NCBI GenBank assembly: GCA_905178155.1
Contig: CAJINV010000006.1
Coordinates: 3,222,437-3,286,436 of the forward strand
Direction: 5' to 3'
Source of the DNA: Amoebophrya sp. A120
Taxonomy: Eukaryota > Protista > Dinoflagellata
DNA length: 64,000 nt
In this document: piece after piece, positions 50,701 to 62,400 of the stretch
Numbering within the stretch: position 1 is the stretch's first letter
Layout: the number at the start of each line of letters is the position of its first letter
The notes under the pieces: model-generated
What the model was told of the DNA's origin: nothing
Databases searched by the model: none
The model's input: the letters and a program-made list of their open reading frames with translations, nothing else
Made by a program: the position numbers and the translations under genes

Positions 50701-53509
50701 GATATTCTCAGTAAAAACGTCCCCACCCCAGAGTTGTCATGCAAATCTGCATGCTAGAAAAGTTTCTCATGTGGAGCTTCATGAGAGACATGCTCTCGTC
50801 GTGTTTTGGAATTTGTGATGCTAGAATCAGCATGGTAAGCTAGATCTGTGATGCTTCCGAACTAGCTAAACAGGGTTACACTACGAGGACAGACTTGTCA
50901 TGCGAAACAGCCAAAGCTGGTTGATTTGTCTAGCAAACTTCCCATCTACTTGACTCTGGTGTGGGGACATTTTTACTCAGGATACAAGATCGTGGAGCTC
51001 TTCAACTTTTTAACCGAAAAGGATCTGTTCGCGGAGATTTACCGAAATCAACTTTCGAAGCGGTTGTTGGAGGATTCGTCCGCGTCGGACGAAGCCGAGA
51101 AGAACATGATCATGAAGCTGAAGCTGAAATGCGGGGCGCAGTTCACCTCCAAAATGGAGGGGATGTGCAACGACTTGAAGCTCGTATCCTGTGCAAAAGT
51201 ATCGTACTCGGAGTAATTCCAGTCATGCGTTTACAAATTTTGTTCCCAAGGTAGATCCGCATGACAGATTTTATTTCTCATGCTGAGGAAATTTGTAATG
51301 CATTTATACGACTAGTGCGATACTTTTGCAATGCATTGCTCGCAACAGACGACAACAACAAATTTGACACCTGGTGCACGGAGAACAACAAAAAACAACT
51401 TGGCGGAATGCAGGCCGGCGGGGCAACATCGAGCAGTTCCTCGTCAACTGCGAACAACAACGATGTCAACAAAATCACGATGGAATTCGGCGTCACGGTC
51501 CTCGCCACCGGCTACTGGCCCCAGTTCCCATCATATCGCAAAAAAAAAGTGTTAAGTACAGTTACACATTGTGTTGCAGGCCAAGCAAGACAGACAAGCT
51601 CTGTCATGTCGGATATGCATAGGAGCCTCGTTTCACAGGTTTTTTCCCGTAGGATTTCTGCATTACAAGTTTTCTCTCTCATGCAAAGAAATTTGTGTTG
51701 CTGAATTGACTACAAATGTGTGACTGTGCCAATTTTTTCGTGGGATACATCAACAGAAATTAAACTGCCCCGACAACTCTCTGTCGCACTGGACATCTTC
51801 ACGGAGTGGTATAACCAGAAAACGCAGCACCGGAAGCTATGCCAGAAAAAATTTGTGTAAGTGTAACTCTGTAATGCAGAACATGCTACAGAGTATACGC
51901 CTTGCATGCAAGACAGCCATGAAGTCCTCGCTTCATGTGTGTTACCCCTTACAAACCACGCATGACAGGTTTTCTCTGTCATGTACAGCAAATTTGTGAT
52001 TGTGATGCTGTCAGCCAAAGAAAGTTACACTAGCACAGTTTTTTCCCTGGATAGAAGCTGACCTGGATCCACTCGCAAGGCACGGCGATCGTGGCTGCGA
52101 AAATCGGGAAGAGGCACGATCTAGTTTGTTCCACGTTGCAAGCGGTAGTGTTGCTTTTGTTTTCCCCGAACAAGGGTGGAAGCGGGGAGGATAAGGACAA
52201 ACCGGTCGAGTTGAAGGTGGAGGATATCCAAAGGGAAATCTCGGCAAATGCAGACCAGCAAATTGAAGCGGTGCAAGTGAAGAAAATATTGGGTACTGGA
52301 AAAGTGTGTTTTCTTTTTCATACATTTTGACCTGTATTTTTTCCACGGTTAACGAGTTTGTCATGCTGCATGGAGATCATGATCATCTGCTCTTAATATC
52401 ATCTAGTACTGAGACTGACTTGTATTGCATGACAACAATCGCACCTCCAAATTAGACGACCAATTACAGGCACCCTCGCCTGCAGCAAGCATCAAGTTCT
52501 GGCCGTGAAGAGAAACGGGGAAATCGTGGACAAGCCAAAAATATGAAATGCAGAAGCATCGTACTCGTATAAATCGCATGACAAATTTCCTCAGCAAGAA
52601 AAATGAAATTTGTAATGCGGGTTTAACTTGAGAAAAAAACTTGTATTGCATGAATGCGATTAGTACGAGTACGATACTTTTCCCCAGGATAAAGAACAGT
52701 GTCCGCAGAGGATTTGTTCTGTGCGAATGTCAAGTTCTCTTGCCAGCACAGGAAGGTATAGATACTGCTCTTGGGTCGTACTCGTGATTTGTTTTTGTGT
52801 TGCATGTCTTTACAGCAAGGGCAAGTGCAAGAGCAACTACTGAAGAAAAAGATCATGACCATTTAAAGTTCAAGTTTCTCTAATATGCGTACGATCGTCC
52901 ATCGAGATTCATATCCAAATTTTTCTATCAGGTCAAACTCCCGTCCGTGGCGCAGGGCACGGGCAAAGACGGTGCGGAAGAGACGCACAAACAGGAGCGG
53001 ATTGAAGAGGACCGGTCGTTCTCGATCGACGCATATCCTGAGTAAAAGCGTCCCCACACCAGAGTTGTCATGCAGATGTGCAATCGCAGGAACATTTGTA
53101 ATGCGCAGATCCATGAGAGGAATTTCAATTTTCAGTCGTGCTTTGGATTTTGTAATGCTGTAAACGGGATTTGAGAGTGGTTTTCTCATGCGGCTTCTCT
53201 TGCCAATCAGACCTACACTGCAGAGGGAAACTTGTCATGCAGAGCTCCCAAAGCTTGGGGATTTGTGTTGCTAGATTCCCAACTTGACTATGTGGGGACG
53301 TTTTTGCTTAGGATAACGCAGCAATAGTGCGGATCATGAAGGCGCGGAGGCGGCAGACGCACCAGCAGCTGCAGGCGGAGGTGATTCAGCAACTCGCATT
53401 CTTCAAGCCGAATCCGAAACTGATCAAGCAACGGATTGAGCATTTGATAGAGCGGGAATTTTTGGAACGAGATGAAGACGAGTCGAATGTCTACAAGTAC
53501 TTGGCATAG
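41704..53509 (+). CDS. Cullin (CUL1-like; cullin homology from M at 47199), apparently in frame with a ~1,224-aa acidic disordered N-terminal extension; 19 introners plus 7 GT-AG introns
   Basis: Cullin motifs YTELYTLVYNMCTQR, WMTRFFTYLDRYYV, KSLKEAFEQFLN, EKDLFAEIYRNQLSKRLL, LKLKCGAQFTSKMEGMCND, VLATGYWP, neddylation site IDAAIVRIMKARR, IEHLIEREFLERD..YKYLA*; GT-AG introns 47411..47555, 48028..48165, 48395..48563, 49043..49182, 49663..49871, 52293..52469, 52756..52931. Confidence 0.92.
42357..42627. mobile_element. Introner, family A
   Basis: TSD gttga. Confidence 0.9.
43548..43687. mobile_element. Introner, family B
   Basis: TSD gaaga. Confidence 0.9.
44412..44600. mobile_element. Introner, family B
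   Basis: TSD cgaga. Confidence 0.88.
45065..45289. mobile_element. Introner, family H
   Basis: TIR tatga..gtgcacaactcccc; TSD gaatt. Confidence 0.9.
45714..45975. mobile_element. Introner, family A (young copy)
   Basis: Perfect ~30-bp TIR; TSD tgaag. Confidence 0.95.
46024..46302. mobile_element. Introner, family A
   Basis: TSD agacc/ggacc. Confidence 0.88.
46383..46544. mobile_element. Introner, degenerate family B
   Basis: TSD eroded (ggaag/ccgcg); a GT-AG pair at 46382..46551 also keeps frame. Confidence 0.7.
46676..46930. mobile_element. Introner, family A
   Basis: TSD gatca/aatca. Confidence 0.92.
47613..47902. mobile_element. Introner, degenerate family A
   Basis: TSD aagag. Confidence 0.85.
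48778..48993. mobile_element. Introner, family E
   Basis: TSD gcggg/acggg; restores EAERVKMYLH. Confidence 0.9.
49227..49492. mobile_element. Introner, family A
   Basis: TSD atcct. Confidence 0.92.
50020..50275. mobile_element. Introner, family A
   Basis: TSD agtcc; restores FQKSLKEAF. Confidence 0.93.
50379..50644. mobile_element. Introner, family A
   Basis: TSD aaggg; right terminus mutated (gaag). Confidence 0.88.
50703..50984. mobile_element. Introner, family C
   Basis: TSD caaga. Confidence 0.9.
51185..51337. mobile_element. Introner, family B
   Basis: TSD gctcg. Confidence 0.9.
51534..51747. mobile_element. Introner, family E
   Basis: TSD catca. Confidence 0.9.
51838..52053. mobile_element. 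Introner, family E
   Basis: TSD gaagc; restores HRKLTWIHSQG. Confidence 0.92.
52542..52691. mobile_element. Introner, family B
   Basis: TSD aaaaa/aagaa. Confidence 0.85.
53034..53315. mobile_element. Introner, family C
   Basis: TSD acgca; restores IDAAIVRIMK. Confidence 0.93.
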
Positions 53510-54299
53510 GAATCATGGTGCAGCGTCGGTGAGGAACAACTTCAGGTAGGAGATTTTACTGTCACGTCAGCGATTCGGAATCGGGTGAAGAGTGGATGAA
53601 ATTTTGAGGTGGGAGGTGAGGAGAGGTGATTTTATTTCGGATGGAGTGGCTTGAGGTTTACGCGTCTCCTCATCCTCTTGAAGATGTTTACCCTTTTTCT
53701 TTACACCAGCGTCGTTCTTGCATAGAGCAAGCAGGATGAACTTCTGTAACTCTACATAATCAACTTTCAAGCGAGACGACGTTGCTGTGTCTTCTTTTGA
53801 TCTACTCTATGTAGTTCCTCCTGTAGCGGAAAACTCTTACACGCAAGTATTGATTCTAATCTGGCACCGTTGAAAAGCTTTTGGTAATAAAAACGAACTT
53901 TGAGTTGCTAGAGCTAGAGGTAGAACTACTACAAAACAAGAACCCATTCAGTATCAGTACTTTTTTAACGAGGACACGACGCCAGTACGAAAGCAGCTCG
54001 ACTGCTAGTAGTGCAGTAGCTGTGTCGACGAAAAGACCCCATGAGTTTGTCGAGAAGTAGTATCATCTGGAATGCTCGATGAGGACTCGTTCTCAATTTG
54101 ACGAACTTTTTTACACGACTGGCGACATCAATTTTTTTTTGAAATGAACAAGAGGCAGCTCCTCGTACAGCTCGCAGGAAACGGCGTTGGCTGAGCTGTG
54201 CAATTAGTACTATCACCTTGTTCGTCTTTGTCATTCTTTTGGATGCTTTTCGGTTTCGTTTTCATGGTCGGCGATCGTTTTCGTTGTTGCTCGCAGCAG

Positions 54300-56160
54300 T
54301 ACGCCGCCGCGGGCCACTGGGAGGGTGGCGTCGCGCCTTGGCCAAGGCCTTGCGCCGAAGTTTCTGGGGCCCTATGTTGTGACGTCGCCCAGGCCCCTAG
54401 GTGTTGGCGTGCGTACTGATCGGGCTTTGCTCGGGCGCCGTGGCGGCCTGCCCGCCCACGCGCGTACGGATGGAACGGGCCAGAGCGGAGACGGCAGGAA
54501 GGACGCCGCGGGCATCTTTTGAAAACACGGCGCCCGCGCTACCGCCTGCCCCCTGTCATGGGTGCGCATGGGCCCAGCGTGTGAAGGCCCCCGGGGAAGG
54601 GCGTCGCGCCTCATTTCGCGCAACATGCATCCGCGCCGAGCAAGCTCCGCAAGCGTAGCCGAGGGCTTTGGGCGCCTTATGTGTTTGGCAAAAGGGCGGG
54701 CATGCGATTCGCACCCAGTGGACAAATCGCAACCAGCTGCGCACCGACCGGGAGATCATGTCTGGGCGCGTGGCCGCGCCGTCTGCAGTCTGCCCGATGC
54801 CGGGGCCGGCCATTGCGGTTTTTGTGGTGGGTTGCGCATATTGGGGCGCCCGTTTGTTCTTTTGGCGTTTGAGTGGAGGAGCCGCGTGCTGCTTACTGAA
54901 GAACGGAGATTCAAGATGGAAGCCTTTACTGCGGCCATTGCGAAAAGTGCCGCAGAACAAATTACGTGGCTGGAGCAAAAAGCTGCGCGCTTAAAAAATG
55001 AACTCTGCGAAGAAAGGAGCCGGCCCGGGCGGCCCAGTGGGACGACGGAACTGCCGCGGTTTTCGCCGCCGCGCTTCCCGAGTGTTTGTTAGTTTGTGGG
55101 CGCCCCACTGAATCAATTGCGGCGCCCGGGAAACGATAAGGCAGCCCGCGGCACGGGCCGCCACCGTGGAATCCGGGCGGCGCGCGTGGCGCCCGCTTCC
55201 TGCAGGCCACGGCATTGCTGGGGTGAGGAAGGGGGTTGGGCTTCATCCGGATAGCGACCCGGTTGGGGTCGTTGGGGTGGGCGCCCGCTTTCGGCCGCGC
55301 CTCATCCCGCAGGCAGGGAGGCGAGGCGCACGCCTCGGGGGACGTCTTCGATCGACGCGTTGCCCGGCCTCGGTAGCAGGGGCGCCGGGGCGGGGCTTGA
55401 TCTGTTCACCTTCTCGACCGACCCCAGCCACTTGAGACGTTGCCACTTCTTGCGACGAGAAAACAAATAGCCGGGCGCCCCCGGCCCGTAGTGTTTGCCT
55501 TTGAATATCCGCCCCGCGCCGCCCGCCCGGCGTGGCCCTTCGTTTTTATTCTTCATGGCCGCCCCCCGGTGTGTGCGCGCTTGTCTACTCGGCTGCCCCC
55601 TCCTGTTTGGGTAGCCCGGGCCGTCTGGCGCGTCCTGCGAGCGTGCGGGCGTTTGGCTTAGCTTCTCGGTTGCCGGCTGGGGCGGCCCTCCCTCGGCGGG
55701 CCCGCCCGCCCCCCCAGAATATGATCGGCGCGCGCGCGCAGGTTGTCTTCTCCTGGTGCGCCCGGCCGGCCGTGTGGTGGCGTGCGTCGGCGTGGGGGGT
55801 TCCCGCCGGGTCGCACGCTCGTTGGTTGGTTTAGCTCTCCCCGGTTGGCGCATAAGGGTGCTGGCTCCGCTTAATGTATGCCGCCACTCATTGGCCCACA
55901 GACACTCACAACATGGGATGTTGGACGCCTCCTGGGCGGCCGGCCTATCAATCCTCGAGCGGGGGATGTCCCGCAAAGATGACAGAAACTTTTTGGACAG
56001 AGCTCGCATGCCTTCGCCAGAGAGTCACGGACGCATGTCTGCCGACGTTCCTTGCAAAGGCCCGGCGCTGGGGTTGTTTGTTTTTTTATTGTGGCGCAGT
56101 GAGGTGTCTTCTTTTCATTCTCACGCAATCCTCTTTCACCCAAGAAAAAAGGTCCTCGTT
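54300..56160. other. GC-rich, compositionally distinct intergenic block (possible decayed mobile element)
   Basis: Abrupt rise in G/C runs relative to the flanks; no convincing ORF or terminal repeats. Confidence 0.4.
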
Positions 56161-56412
56161 TTAGTCGCTTTTGATTTGGTGCTGTGATTTTTTCATCTAC
56201 CTAACCCCCGCGACGCTCAAAAGGAGCAGTGAGTGTGAGTGCCAGAGCTGGCCCCGTTTCAGTTTCTATTTCCGATATGATCCTATTTTGTTTTTCAAAC
56301 AACGAACAAGAACACGATCCGCCTCCATCAATGAACTTTGTCGATGATTTGAAGTCAGCGATTTCTACTTTCGTACAGCAGAACATAAACAAGAAAGGGC
56401 GCGTCTATTACT

Positions 56413-59400
56413 ATGAATTCTCTCTCGTCTACTTCCTCCAAAGCCCCCTCCACATTCATCTCAAATAGAAAAGACAGTCTCGTCGGAGGACAAACGAATC
56501 TTCACGAAGATAACCAACATGTTGACCACTCGGACTCCTTTCGAGAAAACGGTCGCGAGCATGACGGAAGCACCACGGGGGCCGCCGGGGGGAATTATGC
56601 GTCCCATGGTGTGGCCCTTAACTCTTCATCTGTTCCCGTGGACGTCGCAGCCACCAGCTCATCCGACGAAGAAAAAGAAGATGCTGTTGCTGACGACGAC
56701 CTCCCACCAGAAGACTTCGATCCTGCACGAGGACCCGCTAGTACCTCCAGCGAGGAGAACAAGAGCCTCCAGATCCGCATCGTGCATTTGGATTCGACCG
56801 ACACGGCCCAGGGACCAGTCGTTCGCATCTTCGGCCCGGTATGGGAGCAGGATCTTGAGGAGACGCGAAAGGAAGACACTTTGCAGCAGCAGCAGCAGCC
56901 CGCCGCATTGCAGAAAAACGAAGAAAATATTAAAGAGGCGAGTGACAACAGACAAAATGGGTTTGATGTTCATTCAAGAAGGAAGAAAACGGTCGGCAAT
57001 ACTAAAAAGCATATCAAGAAGAAGAAAGACAAGTCCGGCTGCGTGTACATCCGAGATTTCCTACGAGACTGCACAGCTCGCCCTGCCTCTCATTCGTATT
57101 GCATGACCGGCAAAAATACAAGCGTCAGCAAGAGTGCAGGTTTTGCATGACAGATTTCCAGAGGAGGATGGCAGTGCTGTTTGGGCTGCCATAAATTGTC
57201 ACGTAAACAGCACCAAGAGGCAACGCAAAGCCTGGATTTGGTATTTTGCATGACAAATGGAAACGCGGGGGAGCAGGGGGAGTTGGGCACTCTGATACTT
57301 CCACCCGTTCGTCTACTTGAAAACATCTTTGTCCCCGCGGGAGCTGAAAAAGGATCTCCTTTCCCTACTCCACGAGCAGTTAGCGCTGCTGAAATGGCGA
57401 AGCAAGGTCGGGCATTTAATGGGCGGAGGCGGTGGGTGGAGCAATCGTAACTCTAACAATCCGCTGTCAAAATCTTCGTACCAGCAAAGCAACAAGTGTC
57501 AGCACCTCCCCGCCGGGTCCGTAGTCGCGGGGAGGAGGGATGATTTGTGGGTTCAGGGGAGACCGGATCTCGAGAGCATCTACGGGTATATTGACCGCGA
57601 GGCCCTTCTTGAGGAGGAGCAGGAGGAACAGCTTCTGCAGGAAAAGCTGTACCCTGTTCATGAGGCGTCTTCATCTTCCCGACTTCCCAAGCTCGTCTAC
57701 CAAGTTTTCACCAAATACATCATTTACATGAAGATTCTGATCGAGTCCCTCGGCCCGTACAGCAACCGGTTCCAACTTTTCGAGGCGCACATCCCGTACA
57801 ACTTGCATTTCCTGGAACAAACGAGGGTTGTCGGGATGGGCTGGATCAAAATCCAAAACGCACGAAGCAGGACGGAAAAGAACAAACTAAAAACCACGAC
57901 CTGTGACATTGAGGTGGAGCTGACGTGGAAACATTTGATGCAACAAAACGCGGGCTTGGACGTGGCAGACTCGGTGCTAGATCGGGAACACGTGAACGGA
58001 AATGGCAATCATAATTCGCAAGCCGGATCTTCTGGAGCAATATGCATTGCAAAATTATCGTACTAGTATAAACATAAACTGCGTGACAAATTATTTGCTC
58101 AAGAATAAACATGCGATTTGTACATGCTGTTCTTTTCCCCTAGAAAGTAGATCTGCCATGTATGGCTGCAATTAGTACGAGTACGATACTTTTGCAGTGG
58201 ATAAGCAAGCAACGGGGACAATTTGAATCCAAACGACACAATGATGTTGTTCCTACAGTCACAGAAATCCATCTCCGATGGAGATCTAGGTTTGAAAGAT
58301 AAGGAAAAACGGGGGGAAGGGAGGTTTGTCGAGCAAAACAACGCCAAAAGTAGTAGTTCAAAGCTGCTGGTGCCGCCCCCAGCGTCCGCCAACTCTGTGG
58401 CGAGCAACGGCAGTGGTTCTCACAGTGGCACGAACACGAGCAGCTATGTGAAACACATGGGGCCGCCATTGCGGGTTCTGTCTCTGCCGGAAGAGAAGCC
58501 GCATAGTACGCAAGAGGAAGACTATAAAGATTCTTCTTTCTTCCTAGACGACAGTCGGAATAACGGCGACCACAGTACTTCTAGAAATCACGACCGTTCT
58601 CATCGTCCTGCCGCAACCAACACATCCTATTCCTCCAACCAGCCCTTCAAACAGGACATTTTGAAAAAGCACTGGCTGGTAAAAGCGTTGAAGGGTTTGT
58701 GGATTGAAGAGGGTATCCGGTGCTACAACAACGGCCTCGACCCGCCGGAGCCGGGGTCGCCGATCATGCGAGAGTGCGAATCCGCCGCGAATTCGCCAAT
58801 TTTGGATCCGGAGCAGCAGCGCCAGTTAAAGGCGTGGCGGGAAATGTTTGATTTTTTTGTGTCGAGAAAGCATTTGAATAGAGAAGGGCACGACAAGAAA
58901 AACAAAACGGGACATGCGCGCGGCGGTCTAGGTCGTCGCCGAAGAAGTAGATCTAGTATCGACAGTGAGGAGAAGCTGTTTTTGGAAATGGAAATGAGCC
59001 GGGATTTGCTAGATGCCGATAGGAGCGCGCTGCACGAAGATGACAGTTCTTTTAACAACAACTCTTCGTCGCAATCTGGCGAAATGAACAGGAAGCGAGA
59101 AAGAAGCCACAGCAGCAATTTTTCCAGGATGTTGGATATCTCCGCTGTGGAGGACCCGGCTACAGCATCGTCGGAGAAGAGCAAGAGTGCCGGCAGCTCT
59201 TACGACGAAAAGAGGAACATCAAGTCACAGTCTGGCGGATCTTCACCTGCAGGCGGCGACAAGAACAAGCAGAGATCTAAAAGCGACAATGCCGCAGCCG
59301 CCAAGCCGGGAAGATCTAGATCTTCGATAGTACCCTCCGCTTTTCAACCTGTTTTCCCGCCGTCACAGGCGTTTGCTCAACGAGGCATCAACGCAGCAGA

Positions 59401-62400
59401 TTCATCAAAGCAAGCTTGTAAGCACGTGGATAAAAGTCAAGACGCAAGAGGACAACAAGACGCTGAAATGGCGAAGGAACAGCCTGCCGACCCGGAGTGG
59501 GTGCCTAGTCAGAAGAATAGTCAAGGTCGTGCAGCTCTGCCACAGGCAGCAAAATCGGTGCAACTACCTCCATCGCATTCGCAAGAGCGAGAGGCTCCAC
59601 CTCCAAGAACAAGTCAAGACGTGGACAAAAAGGAATCATCGCGGGGGTCGCAGAGGACGCAAAGTTTGCCGCCGTCCGACGACGTCGAGCAAGAGGGCGG
59701 TGGGCCGCGGAATGGTGCAGATACAGGAACAGGAGAATTGCTGGCAGCCGGCAGTATGGTCACAGCCACTGAGAGGAGGCACCAAGAAGAGGAAGATGAA
59801 GATGTTATCATGCGCGACGACGACCGACGCAATTCTTCTTCTCCTCCTCCTTCACCGAAGAACGCACGGCTATCATCGCCGATGAATCAGTTGAACGATA
59901 GTCAACATGCCGAAGAGAACTACCACCACAGCTACGAAGAGGAGGAAGAAGATGCCCGTTACGTTATCCTGAGTAAAAACGTCCCCATACCAGAGTCAGG
60001 ATGGGGATTTTGCAACACAAACCTAGGAGTTTTGGGAGTCACGCATGACAAGTTGCACTCCGCAGTGTAGTGCAGGCTATAGCAAGGGCAAACGCATCAG
60101 AAATCCATCTGCTCATCCTGTTCACAGCATCACAAATTCCAATACACGATTGGAAATGGCTCTCATCCTCATGGGGATGAGCATTACAAGTCTTCCTGTC
60201 TTTGCAAATCTGCATTACAACTCTGGCGTGGGGACGTTTTTACTCAGGATATACCTGGTCGGGCTAGATGGGAGACTCTACGACGATCCGGATGGGGAAC
60301 TGCAGAGAGAGATCAACATATCCTGTGTAAAAACGTACCCACACCAGAGTTGTAATGCAGATTTGCAAAGAGAGGAAGACTTGTAATGCGCATCCTCATG
60401 AGAGCCATTTCCAATCGTGTTTTGGAATTTGTGATGCTGTGAACAGGATGAGCAGATGAATCTGTGACGCGGCTGCACTTGCTGACCTGCACTACACTGC
60501 AGAGTGCAACTTGTCATGCGTGACTCACAAAACTCCTAGGTTTGTGTTGCAAAATCCCCATCCTGACTCTGGTGTGGGTATGTTTTTACATAGGATACAA
60601 CACCTCCATTATTCAACAGACGCAGGCAGAATTCGTGGCGCATAATTATTCGCAGCCTGACAACTACCACACTGCACGTAGAAGCACAACTGGCGGCGCG
60701 CGTCAACAACTGAGTGACGGAAATGAAGGGGATGTTGTGATGAGCAATGCTGACGATGACCTTGAATTGGGACCACCACCCCCTCCTGCCAGTCAGATTG
60801 TGAATCGGGACATGGATCACGACGATGATGACGAGGAACAAGAAGAGGGGGAGTCTCGTCCTTCTCCAGGTGGATTGTTGAATAGCGATGAATTATCCTC
60901 CTTCGACAGACGACCTATCAGCCCTGTAGAAGAACTAGGCGCAGCGCCACAGGTGGACATCGTCGCGGAACAGGTCGTCATCGATGCCTCCGTCATGCCG
61001 TCGCAGCAACTCGCCATGCCTGTCGCGGCTTCCCAAATGCTGGCCATATCTTCGCAATTATTGGCTTCGCAGGATCATGAACAAGAGCAAGACACCAGCT
61101 TCGCTTCGCAAGATGAGAATTCCATTCCTGCTATCCAACCTCCTGCCTTGGAAAATTATCAACAATTTGCTCGTGCGGAACTACAACATCCAATGACTGA
61201 GGATGATCCAAACGCCTTTCTGTCGTTTCTCCACGATCAGCAACACAACCTATTTCCTCAGAGGGGCGACGTGGACAGGAACACTGATGAAGACGGACAG
61301 GACGGGCATAGACATGCCGGGGAACAAGGAGCAGAAGATGAAGAAATCGACTCAGATGTCGAAGTGCATGACGACGACGATGATTTTTCCGACGCAGGTG
61401 ACCACATCGACGTGCAGGAGGAGCCGGAGATTCCGGAGGAAGAGGTGGTGCATCAAGGTGACGACGTTCTGGACGAGGATGTTGACATGGCATTACAAAG
61501 TGAAGACGAGGAGGAAATAGGTCAACTTGTGATGCAAGAAGACAGCATGGAGCTACAAAGCCACGACGATCTTGAGCTCCACGAACCGGACCCCATTGCC
61601 GGTTTTTCCGAAGTGGATGTTTTCCTGCAATCCGCACGTCCCGTGGACGCGATCGGATTGATGAAGCAGAAAAGAGGGAGAAACGGGAAAAACTACAACT
61701 TTCAGCAGCAGAGCCAGAGGTCAGGTGTTGGCGGATCATCATCTGCAGCTCCTTTGAAGAGCGCGGCACCACGAGGACCTGTAGTGGGTGGAAATGAAGA
61801 AGCTGGCCCGTATCATCTTCACGACGATGAAGCGATGTCACAACATCTTCCAGCGGGAACCGAGGAGGAAGACCAGATGATGATTGGAGGAGAAAAATTA
61901 CGACAGGAGCGTGAAGAATCTCCTTTGCAACGCACGCAATCTCTTGGGGAAATCACAACTTCTAGTGACGAGGAGGATCATCATGCGGGTCATGGTCGTG
62001 AACGTGAAGAGGCGGTGGCAGATGGAAGTGTAAATGTAAATGATGTTGACGCCGGCGTCGAAGGAGCAAAAATGAAGGAGGCAGCACGACCCAAAGCGAC
62101 GTCAGTATCACCTTCCGCCGATCGGGATCAGGAAGTTGACGGTCGTGCAGCGAAGGGAGGTGTCGGCCAGCAGACCAGTTGTGCTGTTTTCGCGTCACAG
62201 AAAAATGATGGTGATAGGAGTCCAGCAGCTGCAGTTCCTGAAGCAGCCTCAGGACTACAAGCTGCCGACCCGTCAGCACGGAAAAATACTTCTGCCGAGA
62301 GCCACGAACTTGAACAACCGAAGCACCGGCCCAGCAGTCAATCCTCCGGAGCCAGTTTGGAGATCTTGGGCGAAACCAAACCAGATAGCGTCGATGCTTT

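Noticed and set aside
54300-56160. Autonomous transposase for the introners, or rRNA/ITS sequence
   Set aside because: No DDE or RT motifs, no matching TIRs and no recognisable rRNA conserved blocks
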